IMG/VR virus record: IMGVR_UViG_3300050503_000206
Length of the DNA: 64,000 nucleotides
Strand: one strand, 5' to 3'
Origin: an uncultured virus (IMG/VR IMGVR_UViG_3300050503_000206)
Taxonomy: Duplodnaviria > Heunggongvirae > Uroviricota > Caudoviricetes
A program made the position numbers and the translations under genes. Under the pieces are notes generated by a model, which was not told where the DNA came from, ran no database searches, and saw only the letters and a program-made list of their open reading frames with translations. Shown here piece by piece: positions 17,958 to 26,825 of this stretch (positions are counted from its first letter, which is position 1; the number at the start of each line of letters is the position of its first letter).

Positions 17958-19225
17958 TACGAACTCCCCTGTGCGATCGCATCGACCGCGGCCTGGAACG
18001 TCGGGTTGGTGAGCGCGCCGAGACGGACGTAGCGCTGCGCGACCGTCGGAGACTTGTGGCCCGTCGCGGCCATCGAGGCTTGGAACGCGACCTGCCTCCT
18101 GCTCGCGTTGGTGGCCAGTCCAGCTCGAAGCGAGTGGCCGGCGTACTCGTGCGGATCTTCGCCGACGATCGCAGCGAGCCGCTTCACGACTCGCGCCACC
18201 GTGCGATCGGACACCGCGAACAGCTTCGCCTGCTTGACGCCCTTCGTGCCCGCAGGTGGACGCAGACGCAGAAGTGCTCGAGCGACGCAGAACGTCGCGT
18301 CAGCCGAGAATGGGATCGCAACCGCATGTCCCTCGCCTTCCTGGTCCGTCTTCGAGAACCGGATGTGGATCACGAGCCCCTCCGGGAACTGCTCCACGTC
18401 GCCCCATGTCAGGGCGACGAGCTCGCTGCGCCGAACGCCTGTCACGAAGCCAGCGGCGACGATGATCCAGTCTCGTTCCGAGAGATTCGCCCGGGCCTCG
18501 CGGATCATCGCGCCGGTCATGGGTCGTTTCTGGTTCGAGGTGCGCTTGCGACGTGCGAGCCCCTTGAGCACAGTGCGCACCTTGAGGTCGTCGGTCGGCG
18601 ACGGGATCGGCTCGTTGTCCGCGTCGAACTGCCCGCGGTGCATAGAGGAGAGCGCGGAACAACGTCGCCGGATCGTCGAGAGCTTCAATCCTCGCGAGCG
18701 CATGTTGCCGATGTACGCGCAGAGCGCCTCGCCGCTGATCGGAAACACCTGCAGCCCGTTCGCCTCCGCATACGCCTTCCAGTCCGCGCGGTCCGAGGCG
18801 TATGCTCGCTTGGTGTTGGCCGCGTCCGCGTCGGATGCGAGATCCAGAGCTTCCTGCAGGTCGAGCTCGAGCGAACGCTTCGCCAGAGCCTTGGTCTCGA
18901 CGCGTGCGATCGAGCCACGCGTGGGCTTCGGCTTCGGCTTCGGAACGGGAACAACCGATTTCAGCAAGCGACGCTTCGCCCCGGTCTCCCGGTCGGCACG
19001 TTTCGCTTCCTTGGCTGAGCGCGGATCGAGCCAGCGGTCGCCCACCCGCTCCAACCCGTCCACCCGTGTTCCGATCGGAGCATCGAGATCTGGATCGGTG
19101 ACTGGCAGCTCGCGCCGCGCCGCCTTCGTGGTCTTCGGCTTGCGCACAGCGACCATCCCCTTGAGCGGGGCGGCCACTGGGCCCTTGGGTGGACGAGGGG
19201 GCGACTTCCGCTTGGGCTTGACCAT
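17957..19225 (-). CDS. Tyrosine recombinase (Cre-like resolvase/integrase)
   Basis: NTKRAYASD N-domain; GVRRSEL (R); SKTDQEGEG (K); GHSLRAG (HxxR); TGHKS...RY. Confidence 0.92.
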   Translation of the reverse strand: MVKPKRKSPPRPPKGPVAAPLKGMVAVRKPKTTKAARRELPVTDPDLDAPIGTRVDGLERVGDRWLDPRSAKEAKRADRETGAKRRLLKSVVPVPKPKPKPTRGSIARVETKALAKRSLELDLQEALDLASDADAANTKRAYASDRADWKAYAEANGLQVFPISGEALCAYIGNMRSRGLKLSTIRRRCSALSSMHRGQFDADNEPIPSPTDDLKVRTVLKGLARRKRTSNQKRPMTGAMIREARANLSERDWIIVAAGFVTGVRRSELVALTWGDVEQFPEGLVIHIRFSKTDQEGEGHAVAIPFSADATFCVARALLRLRPPAGTKGVKQAKLFAVSDRTVARVVKRLAAIVGEDPHEYAGHSLRAGLATNASRRQVAFQASMAATGHKSPTVAQRYVRLGALTNPTFQAAVDAIAQGSS

Positions 19226-19228
19226 GAA

Positions 19229-19265
19229 GCGAGCGCCCGATAATATAGGGTTATCGGGCGATCGC
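19229..19265. other. dif/lox-like recombination site candidate
   Basis: CGCCCGATAA-TATAGGG-TTATCGGGCG perfect 10-bp arms, extendable by GCGA/TCGC, directly upstream of the recombinase start. Confidence 0.6.
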
Positions 19266-19288
19266 AAGAGGGATTTCGAGGATTCCGC

Positions 19289-19319
19289 TTGACGATCGGC
19301 AGATTCATCCGATAAACAT
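19289..19319 (+). promoter_or_regulatory. Possible sigma70 promoter with overlapping ATCCGAT/ATCGGAT inverted repeat
   Basis: TTGACG followed ~18 nt later by TAAACA, upstream of the 19339 operon. Confidence 0.35.
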
Positions 19320-19338
19320 CGGATTCATCGGATAATCC

Positions 19339-19581
19339 ATGGCGAAAGACTTCGGCGCAGAGGCCCTGAAGGCCTCGATCGAGAACTCGTCGCAGATCGT
19401 GCGGCTCGAGCAGCGAGTGAAGGACCTCGAAGGCGAGGTGAAGCGGATCCTGGCCCTGCTGGCGCCCAAGGACCGCAAGACCATGACCCGCGAGCTCGCG
19501 CTCGCGCGCAAGCGTCGAGCGGTCGCCGTCGCGACGGCCCACCGTTGGCCGAAGAAGACCACGAAGAAGAGGAGCCGATGA
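19339..19581 (+). CDS. Small basic coiled-coil protein
   Basis: First gene of divergent operon; ATGA coupling downstream. Confidence 0.55.
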   Translation: MAKDFGAEALKASIENSSQIVRLEQRVKDLEGEVKRILALLAPKDRKTMTRELALARKRRAVAVATAHRWPKKTTKKRSR

Positions 19582-20201
19582 GCAAGCATCCTGACGTCTT
19601 CACCGTGCACCTCGACGAGACCGAGGGCGAAGCGTTCCCGTCGGCGCCGTTCGGTACGACGCCCATCCCGGACCCGAACGAGGTCGTCCGCCAGTTCCAG
19701 CGGGACTACGAGGACAATCGGCAGCGGGTTCGCGAGCGCGACAAGTGGGTGATCAACCAGCTCGCTTGGGCTGTGATCGATGGCCTCGGCGGTGAGAAGG
19801 GCGAGTCCGTGGTGCAGAAAATCTTCGGCGAGGCCGATCTGCGCTGGCCGGCCGCTGGCCGATCCGCGGTCGACACGGCGTGCGCCACGGCGCCGCTCAG
19901 CGTCGCGGACGCGTGGCCCTCGCGAAAGCTGGAGAAGGTCGCACCCGAGCGCGTCGTGCCGTTGCAGTTCGCGCACGTCTGGGACAAGGACGGTCAGTGC
20001 GTGCAGGGGATCGGGCTCGTCGCGGTTGGTCCGCACCGTTCTGGGTTTGTACCCGACGTAGTCGTAGCTGACGTCGGAGACCTGTTCGCGCTGCGCATCG
20101 ATCACGGCGACGACCGCGATTCGAACGTTGAGCTCGACCGCGCCGAGGCGCGCTGGCTGCTCGACCAGATCGTCGCGTTCCTGCGCAAGGATCCGCCATG
20201 A
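19578..20201 (+). CDS. Hypothetical protein
   Basis: GAGGAG RBS; coupled. Confidence 0.55.
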   Translation: MSKHPDVFTVHLDETEGEAFPSAPFGTTPIPDPNEVVRQFQRDYEDNRQRVRERDKWVINQLAWAVIDGLGGEKGESVVQKIFGEADLRWPAAGRSAVDTACATAPLSVADAWPSRKLEKVAPERVVPLQFAHVWDKDGQCVQGIGLVAVGPHRSGFVPDVVVADVGDLFALRIDHGDDRDSNVELDRAEARWLLDQIVAFLRKDPP

Positions 20202-20605
20202 TCCGGCAGCCCGACTGCTACACCGAAGAGCCGGCCTCGGTGCTCGTGTTCGTGCACGCGCCGCGAACTCAGCAAACCGACGGCATGCCCGGCGAGGGCT
20301 TCGTGCTCGGGGTACGCGGTGTCGACGTTGCCGAGCTGCTCGAGGACGTCGGCCCGATCCTTCTATACTGGGGCTGGCTGGACGCGCTGCTCGTCGAGCG
20401 CGGCGTCTGGGTCTGGGAGGGCAAGACGTCGTATCCGGCCGGTCCCGAGGACCCGATCCGGGCGCGTGGCACGTTGCGCCGCCCGACGCTGTCCGAGCTC
20501 GCCCGCGTCGCGGCCGGGATTAACCCGTTCGACGTCGGCACGACCTCGCCTCTGTGCCAGGTTCCGGCCGAGTACGACTTCTCGTGGGAGGACGAGGTCA
20601 CATGA
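20198..20605 (+). CDS. Hypothetical protein
   Basis: ATGA coupling. Confidence 0.55.
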   Translation: MIRQPDCYTEEPASVLVFVHAPRTQQTDGMPGEGFVLGVRGVDVAELLEDVGPILLYWGWLDALLVERGVWVWEGKTSYPAGPEDPIRARGTLRRPTLSELARVAAGINPFDVGTTSPLCQVPAEYDFSWEDEVT

Positions 20606-20759
20606 GCGACATGGAGATCAGCGGAGGTACCCAAGAGGATCGACGCCTCGTCGCCAGCATGGCGCGGCACAAGTTCTGGTCGAGCGCGCTGATCCACGTC
20701 GCGTGGGCAAGCGCGATCGCGTCGTGTTTCTGGGTGGCATGCGCCCATTGCGGAGCCGT

Positions 20760-20966
20760 ATGACGGACGACGAAGCTCGCGCGGCATGGGATGCGTTGAC
20801 ACCGGAGCAACGCGAAAAGCTGCTCAATGATGAAGGAGGCTGGGACATGCCCGACGATCTCTTCGAGTACGAGGAGTCCTGCGACGCCGACGGCGAGGAG
20901 AGTTGTTGGTTCATAATGACCGATCTCGGTCGTCGTACCCAGGCGTATGGAGAGAGCCTCAAATGA
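20760..20966 (+). CDS. Small acidic hypothetical protein
   Basis: ATGA coupling; GGAG RBS. Confidence 0.45.
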   Translation: MTDDEARAAWDALTPEQREKLLNDEGGWDMPDDLFEYEESCDADGEESCWFIMTDLGRRTQAYGESLK

Positions 20967-21421
20967 CGAGGCCCGACGTCGACCTCAACCTCGGCGCGAT
21001 CGTGGCCGTCACCGGTGGTCGCGACTACCCGTGGGATGACATGGACACGTTCCTGTTCACAGCGCTGCTGCACTACTTCTCGCCGATCGCCGAGGTCTGG
21101 CATGGTGGAGCGGTCGGCGTGGACACGAAGGCGGCAGAGATCGCCAAGCGCTACGGGATCGCGACGCGCGTGTTCCTGCCCGAGCCCGTCCTGCTCCCGC
21201 AGGACCTCCCACGTGCCCTGCTCGCCCGCAACGCCAAGATGATGGACGAGCTCGACGCGGCGATCCGGCACGACCACCGTCGCGGCCTCGGTGTGGCGTT
21301 TCCGGGACTCGATGGCACCGACAACTGCGTCGGACACGCCCTTCGGCGATCGATCCACATGGTCGACCTACGCGCACGTCCGGCTTTGCTCCCCAACACT
21401 AACGTGATCCGAAGCGTGTAG
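20963..21421 (+). CDS. SLOG/YspA-like (DUF2493) protein
   Basis: VAVTGGRDY; HGGAVGVD; RNAKM; VAFPG..GT. Confidence 0.8.
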   Translation: MTRPDVDLNLGAIVAVTGGRDYPWDDMDTFLFTALLHYFSPIAEVWHGGAVGVDTKAAEIAKRYGIATRVFLPEPVLLPQDLPRALLARNAKMMDELDAAIRHDHRRGLGVAFPGLDGTDNCVGHALRRSIHMVDLRARPALLPNTNVIRSV

Positions 21422-21737
21422 TTGCTGCAGAACGTGCTCCGAAAGCCCCGTCGCCATCCTCGGCATCGGCGTCCTCATCGACGACCGTCCGGACGCTGGC
21501 CGCGAACATCGCCTCTCGTAGCGCGGCGCATGCCTGTTCACGAGTGCGTCGGGTGGCTAGGATCAAGGCGCGGTAGGCCGCGATGATCGTCGCCGCGTGC
21601 GTCAACTCTTCTCGCGTGGGTTCGTGATAGCGCAGGGACCACTCGACCGCACGCGCATCAGGAAGATCTGCGTCGTACGGCCATTGTCGTCCTTCGGCAT
21701 CATTCGTGAACCGAGGCGTTGCCATGCGAACGAGCAT
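21399..21737 (-). CDS. Hypothetical protein
   Basis: 112 aa ORF with plausible composition. Confidence 0.4.
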   Translation of the reverse strand: MLVRMATPRFTNDAEGRQWPYDADLPDARAVEWSLRYHEPTREELTHAATIIAAYRALILATRRTREQACAALREAMFAASVRTVVDEDADAEDGDGAFGARSAATTRFGSR

Positions 21738-21791
21738 AGCGCCGCGTCCAGAACGGTCAAAGGGTCAAAGACCACAGGCCGTGTCTGCATC

Positions 21792-22742
21792 TCACGGTCC
21801 GAAGGGAGCGTGCGGAGGGTCGAGTCCCGGCCACAGAAACGCGCAGACCTGCGCACCCGGATCCGACGGCGTCGGCATGGGCAGACAGAGAGTCGCGGGC
21901 CCGGCACCCTTGCGACGACGAACTTCGGCGGCCAGTTGGAGTCCCTGCGGCGAGTTCGGATCGATCGGTGTCTTCGTGCCGTTGCTGGACAGCACGTACA
22001 TCGTCATGGGCGCGTCCGCCCGACGCTGCGCGCGGAAGTGCGGGTAGTACTGCGGCGGGTTCTGTGCTGCGAGTTGTTGTCTGCCTCCTCGGGCAAGCCA
22101 CGTCGCCGCGGCTGCTGCAGAAGCCTGGCGGCGCGGATCGTTGGTTGCGAGCTTCGGTCGTCGAGATACTTCAGCGGCCGATACGAAGGACAAACCCTTC
22201 ACAACGGCGACACCGTCGGGCGGAGGAAACGCGATGCAGAGCACGCTGCAGGCCACATCTCCGCCAGAGCTATCGCACGCGACCGCACAGCATGTGTCAT
22301 TGCTGTTGCCCCACTGGAAGCAGTCTCCGACCTTGAGTGGTTGAGGCTGTGAAGTCTGGCCCGTCAGGCCGAGATCAGCCGGAGGCGCGTAGCGTACCGG
22401 CAGCCGGAACTGCGGAGCCGGCAGCGGTGGGTTGGCTGCGGCGAGTTGAGCACGGAGGATCGGTCGCTTCGGCCGGATCCGCGATTGCTGTTGAGCTTGG
22501 TACGCCAAGGCTTGCGGCGAGCCGATGTCGCAGCAGATGGGCGGATCTCCGGGCGACGACGAACCGCACACCTCCGAGTCTGGTCCACAAGGGCTGTGCC
22601 TCTTGGGTATGAAGACACCGTCGCAGTTCTGACCGTAGTCTCCGATCGGAGCACAGGCGCCCATCGATCCTTGCGCGGCGCCCTGCGGCACCATCAGTTG
22701 CTGCACTGCGGGATTCAGGAACGGAAAGAGCGACGGATGCAT
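21792..22742 (-). CDS. Pro/Gln/Cys-rich hypothetical protein
   Basis: 316 aa; GAGGTGG RBS; upstream copy of TGCTGGTAGGGT. Confidence 0.6.
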   Translation of the reverse strand: MHPSLFPFLNPAVQQLMVPQGAAQGSMGACAPIGDYGQNCDGVFIPKRHSPCGPDSEVCGSSSPGDPPICCDIGSPQALAYQAQQQSRIRPKRPILRAQLAAANPPLPAPQFRLPVRYAPPADLGLTGQTSQPQPLKVGDCFQWGNSNDTCCAVACDSSGGDVACSVLCIAFPPPDGVAVVKGLSFVSAAEVSRRPKLATNDPRRQASAAAAATWLARGGRQQLAAQNPPQYYPHFRAQRRADAPMTMYVLSSNGTKTPIDPNSPQGLQLAAEVRRRKGAGPATLCLPMPTPSDPGAQVCAFLWPGLDPPHAPFGP

Positions 22743-22761
22743 GCTTCCACCTCGCCGCCGA

Positions 22762-22773
22762 ACCCTACCAGCA
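22762..22773 (-). promoter_or_regulatory. TGCTGGTAGGGT promoter motif
   Basis: Reverse complement matches the 12-nt core of 929-944 and 2003-2018. Confidence 0.55.
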
Positions 22774-22846
22774 CGTCCAGCGAGCTGAGCGCGCCTACGA
22801 AAACGGTCCTCGAGACCACGCCCTGGGCCTTTTCAGCCCTGCGTGA

Positions 22847-23497
22847 TCAGCAGCCCGGACGGAACGAGATCACCGCGTGCCCGCTGAGCGTGGGCCCGTC
22901 GTACTCGCCCGCGCGGAGGACTCCGATGTCGATGCCGCCGGAACAGGGCTCCTCGGGGTTGGTGGGCTCGGGCCAGCACAGCGTGTCGATCGCATCGTCG
23001 CCACCGACGTCCGCGTCCCACAGCGTGAACTCCACCGTCGCAGCGCCGAGCGACGGCAGGCAGAACGAACTCCACGCGCCCGGGCAGCTCGGCGCCGGTC
23101 CGCTGGTGACGACGGTCTCGGTATCAGACGTGATCGTGAAGTAGAGATCCGGCGTGTTGATCGTGCCGCAGTCGGCTGGCATCCACGACGTGATCTCGAC
23201 GTTGTACTCGGCGATGTGCGCGTTGATGCAGGCGCCGTCGAGACAGACCTCGATGTCGTCGCAGTCCGTGTTCACGCCACAAGGCTCCGTCGTATCCGAT
23301 CCGCCCGAGCTGGCCGAGTCCGCCGTACTGCTGTCGTCGTCGCTCGCTGTGGAGGTCGACACTCCTTCGCCCGTTTCGCTCGGTGCAGTGCTGCTGGAGT
23401 CCGCTCCGGACGTGGACGCATCGCTTCCTGCATCGCCATCGTCGCCGCATCCGAACAACAGGATCCACAGCACGCTCGCTCTCTTCCGCATCGGCAA
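22847..23497 (-). CDS. Myxobacterial-style lipoprotein, Ser/Thr linker plus C2-like domain
   Basis: LLFGC lipobox; S/T/D-rich linker; CxxxxDCxxxxVCxxGxC; PDLY...LWDADVGGDDAID. Confidence 0.65.
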   Translation of the reverse strand: MPMRKRASVLWILLFGCGDDGDAGSDASTSGADSSSTAPSETGEGVSTSTASDDDSSTADSASSGGSDTTEPCGVNTDCDDIEVCLDGACINAHIAEYNVEITSWMPADCGTINTPDLYFTITSDTETVVTSGPAPSCPGAWSSFCLPSLGAATVEFTLWDADVGGDDAIDTLCWPEPTNPEEPCSGGIDIGVLRAGEYDGPTLSGHAVISFRPGC

Positions 23498-23570
23498 ACT
23501 CCTCCTGGTGATGCGATGGTAGTGACCTATAGAGCATCGTACAAGCTGAGCGGCCCGCTACGGTCCGCGC

Positions 23571-23786
23571 GTGCAGCCGGCCGAGCTCCGCAAGGTCGTG
23601 GCCGCCAACATCCGGCAGCGTGCGAAGAAGCGACGCGTGAGCCTCAACGCGCTCGCCGACCTGGCAGGCATCGCCCGATCGCCGTTCTACAAGGCGCTGA
23701 GCGGCTCCGCGTCGTTCACGACTGATCGCCTGTGCAAGCTCGCGAATGCCCTCGGATGCGAAGCGCACGACCTCCTGCGACCGTGA
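23571..23786 (+). CDS. XRE family HTH regulator
   Basis: VAANIRQRAKKRRVSLNALADLAGIAR...LANALG; TACGGT-CCGCGC-GTG leaderless-type start. Confidence 0.85.
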   Translation: MQPAELRKVVAANIRQRAKKRRVSLNALADLAGIARSPFYKALSGSASFTTDRLCKLANALGCEAHDLLRP

Positions 23787-23795
23787 ACGCGAGCA

Positions 23796-23819
23796 GGTGG
23801 CCCTGAAAAAAGGGCCACC
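23796..23819. terminator. Hairpin after the XRE gene
   Basis: GGTGGCCCT-GAAAAA-AGGGCCACC perfect 9-bp stem; no U-tract. Confidence 0.4.
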
Positions 23820-23831
23820 CCGTCGCGGACC

Positions 23832-24074
23832 CGTGTCCCGTTGAAGAGACACGGCGATTTCGTGTCCTCTTGAAGGGACACGCTCGGCTTTCGTGTCTCG
23901 TTGAAGGGACACGGTCGAGGTGTGTCCTGTTGAAGGGACACGCGACGTTGATGCCGGGCTCGGGGCCGTGTCTCTTCGAAGGGACACGCAGGCCGGCTCG
24001 GCCACCGCATCCGCGTCTCTTCGAAGGGACACGGTCGATCTCGCTGCGACTTTTTTTCCCTTCAACGGGACACG
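23832..24074. repeat. Array of seven 22-bp palindromic sites, consensus CGTGTCYYNTYGAAGGGACACG
   Basis: Units at 23832, 23861, 23892, 23921, 23967, 24012 and 24053 (last one inverted and degenerate). Confidence 0.9.
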
Positions 24075-24094
24075 GAGTAGAAGCATGAGGACGT

Positions 24095-24322
24095 GTGCAG
24101 AAGCGGGCGCAGCACCAGCCGACTCGCCAACGTGTCGCGAAGAACTTGAAGCGCTTGCTGAAGGACAACGGCATTGAGGTGAAGGCGCTCGCAGAGGATT
24201 CCAACGTGAAGCGCAGCGCGATCTACCGGATCCGCAACGCCAAGTCCGGCGTCGGCATCGACGTGCTCGCTCGCCTCGCGATCGGCCTCAAGGTCGACAT
24301 CATCGAGTTCTTCAAGCCGTAG
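24095..24322 (+). CDS. XRE family HTH regulator
   Basis: VAKNLKRLL...VKALAEDSNVKRSAIYRI...LARLAIGLKVDIIEFF. Confidence 0.85.
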   Translation: MQKRAQHQPTRQRVAKNLKRLLKDNGIEVKALAEDSNVKRSAIYRIRNAKSGVGIDVLARLAIGLKVDIIEFFKP

Positions 24323-24325
24323 TCC

Positions 24326-24355
24326 CGTGTCCCTTCGGAGGGACATTGCTACGAT
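24326..24355 (+). promoter_or_regulatory. Eighth palindromic site abutting an extended -10 (TGCTACGAT)
   Basis: CGTGTCCCTTCGGAGGGACATT at 24326-24347, followed by TG-C-TACGAT. Confidence 0.6.
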
Positions 24356-24413
24356 GCCTCACGATGTCTAGCGATGCGTTGCGAACCTCGGACGCAGCGG
24401 TACACCCGACGAT

Positions 24414-24941
24414 GTGCCGTACCGCCACATGCCTGACGGGACCATCGTCGCCGACACGCTCGAAGAGAGCCTCGCCCTTCAGCGCGCGAACGCGCAGCAG
24501 CCCGAGCCACGATCGCGTCGCAACCGCGCGGCGTCGCCTGACCAACTCGAGCTCCCGCCGCCGCAGCCCCCACAACGCCGGCGGCGCAAGGCTGGCACCA
24601 GCGCAGCAGCGAACGGCAGCAAGGGCGCGCCCACGAAGAACGGCAAGGCGTGGACCCCGACGACCTTCCGCGGCTTCATCTCGACCGCATCGAGCAAGTG
24701 CCGCGAAGTCGTCGCTGCGGGTCTGAAGCTCGGTAACGGCGGAGGCTCGAAGGAGTTGGCGCGCTCGCTCGGCTCGTCGATGTACGGGATCGGCAAGCGC
24801 GTCCAGAAGGTCCGCACCGAGGCGTTCAAGTACAACTCCAACCTTCCCGCTCCGATGCGCCTGCAGGGCGATGGCGGCGAGAAGGCCGTGCAGTTCGACC
24901 CGACGTTCCTCGCCGCTAGCCAGGAGGGCACGGAGCGCTGA
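24414..24941 (+). CDS. Basic hypothetical protein, possibly DNA-binding
   Basis: 175 aa; helix-turn-helix-like SKELARSLGSSMYGIG. Confidence 0.5.
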   Translation: MPYRHMPDGTIVADTLEESLALQRANAQQPEPRSRRNRAASPDQLELPPPQPPQRRRRKAGTSAAANGSKGAPTKNGKAWTPTTFRGFISTASSKCREVVAAGLKLGNGGGSKELARSLGSSMYGIGKRVQKVRTEAFKYNSNLPAPMRLQGDGGEKAVQFDPTFLAASQEGTER

Positions 24942-25064
24942 CCCTCGCGCCGACGGGCGCTCTCGCGCTATTCCAACGCATCCGCAGGCATCGGTGAGAG
25001 ATCGCTTCTCTTGCCCCAGTAGCTAGCCGTGGTATTCTTACCTTATCGGTATATACTGGTAGGT

Positions 25065-26288
25065 ATGGACGAGGCGAGACTGTTGCGGGGCGCGGAGATC
25101 GTGAAGCGCGGCGGCGTCGTGAAGCTGCGACGCATGCTCTGGCAGGTCCGCTCGCAGTCGCACGCGGGCGTGTACCTCGTCGATCTGACGGGCGCGAGGC
25201 CGAGCTGCAGCTGCCCGGACTTCGAGACCCGTGGTGTCGCCCCTGACTTCGCCTGCAAGCACGTTTACGCCACCTCGATCCGTCGCCGCGTCCTCGTCGT
25301 CCCCGCTTCGCTCATGACCGACCGCAAGCCCACCTACTCGCAGGACTGGCCCGCGTACAACCGCGGTCAGGAGTACGAGCGCGAGCGCGCCGCTGACCTG
25401 CTCGCCGAGTTGTGCGGCGGCATCGGCAACCCCGTACAGACCACGGGGCGCCCACGGCACGCGCTCGCGAACGTGGTGTTCGCGATGGTGTCCAAGGTCT
25501 ATGGGGGCCTGAGCGTGCGCCGCTCTGCGTCGGAGATCCGCGCCGCGCGTGCGGCCGGGTTCATCGACGCGACGCCCTCGTCCACCGTCGTGTTCCGCGC
25601 GTTCGAGGATCCCAAGCTCACGCCGCTCCTCCGCGAGTTGGTCCACGAGACCGCACAACCGCTCGCCGAGATCGAGAACATCTTCGCGGTGGACAGCACC
25701 GGCTTCTCGACCTGCAACTACGAGCGCTGGTTCGACGTGAAGTACGGGCGCGACATGTCCAAGCAGCGCTACGTCAAGCTGCACGCGATCGTCGGCACCC
25801 TCACGCACGTGATCACCGACGCGCTCGTCGACGACAGCGGCGGCGATGCGCCGCGCCTGCCCGAGTTGGTGCAGCAGACGAGCAAGGACTTCCGCATCGA
25901 GGCGGTCGCCGCCGACAAGGCATACCTGAGCAAGCGCAACGTCATCGCGATCACGGACGTCGGCGGGATCCCGTACATCCCGTTCAAGGTCGGGACCAGC
26001 GGCGAGAAGGGCCCGACGGTCTGGAAGAAGATGTGGGCCGCGTTTACGCTCAAGAACGACGACTTCATGGCGGCCTACCACGCGCGCTCGAACGTCGAGA
26101 CGGTCTTCTCGATGATCAAGCGCAAGTTCGGCGGCAGCCTGCGGAACAAGACCTTCGTGGCCCAGCACAACGAGATCTTGTGCAAGTGCATCGCGCACAA
26201 TCTCTCGGTGCTCGTCGCCGCGATCTACGAGATCGGGCTCGCACCGACGTTCTGGAAGCCGTCCGACAACGAAGTCGTGCTGAGCTGA
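25065..26288 (+). mobile_element. DDE transposase (IS4/IS5 superfamily) with N-terminal SWIM zinc finger
   Basis: CSCPDF...CKH SWIM; DWPAYN; AVDSTG; AADKAY; YHARSNVETVFSMIKRKFG; TATACT-N7-ATG start. Confidence 0.88.
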
Positions 26289-26335
26289 CCGCGGTGGCGG
26301 CCTACGTGCCGGTGTGTTAGCGTTAGGTACAGCCG

Positions 26336-26536
26336 ATGGCGACCGAACAGCGAATGATGACGGTGTTCATCTGCGAGCGCTGCGAGCACGACTGGGTGCC
26401 GCGCGACGCCGAGGTGCTGCCGATGGTCTGCCCGAAGTGCAAGTCGCCGTACTGGAACACGCCGCGCCGCAACCCCGCGTCGAAGTCGGCTCCGAAACCG
26501 CGCGCGAAGAAGTCGTCACGCGCGAAACGGAAGTGA
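26336..26536 (+). CDS. Small zinc-ribbon protein
   Basis: CERCEHDWVPR...CPKCKSPYWN with basic tail. Confidence 0.75.
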   Translation: MATEQRMMTVFICERCEHDWVPRDAEVLPMVCPKCKSPYWNTPRRNPASKSAPKPRAKKSSRAKRK

Positions 26537-26825
26537 TCCGAAAGGTGCAGATGCTTCACCATGCGCACCGCAAGCTCTATGACGGCTCATTGTTTCGCAG
26601 CAAAGCCCGCACGTCCCTACCCGAAGAAGGTCTGACCATGTACGGATGCACGCACCCGTTCCGTGGCGCGACGAACAACCCGCAGTGGACGATCTGCGAG
26701 TGCTGCGGCGATTCGCTACGCGCCGGTCCGTACCCCGTGAACATGAGCGACGCGGAGATGGACGCGATGCTCGAGGCGAAGGCAAAGCTCGTGGAGAGCA
26801 TGTTCTGCCCTCAGAAGGAGTCGAC

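Noticed and set aside
23832..24074. CRISPR array or TIGR-like guide array
   Set aside because: Spacers are only 7-24 nt and irregular, the repeats vary internally, one is inverted, and no cas or Nop-domain gene is recognisable. DNA-binding palindromes fit better.
23124..24204. ORFs with repeated VSLRRDT/CPFEGT peptides
   Set aside because: These are translations of the palindrome array, not plausible proteins.
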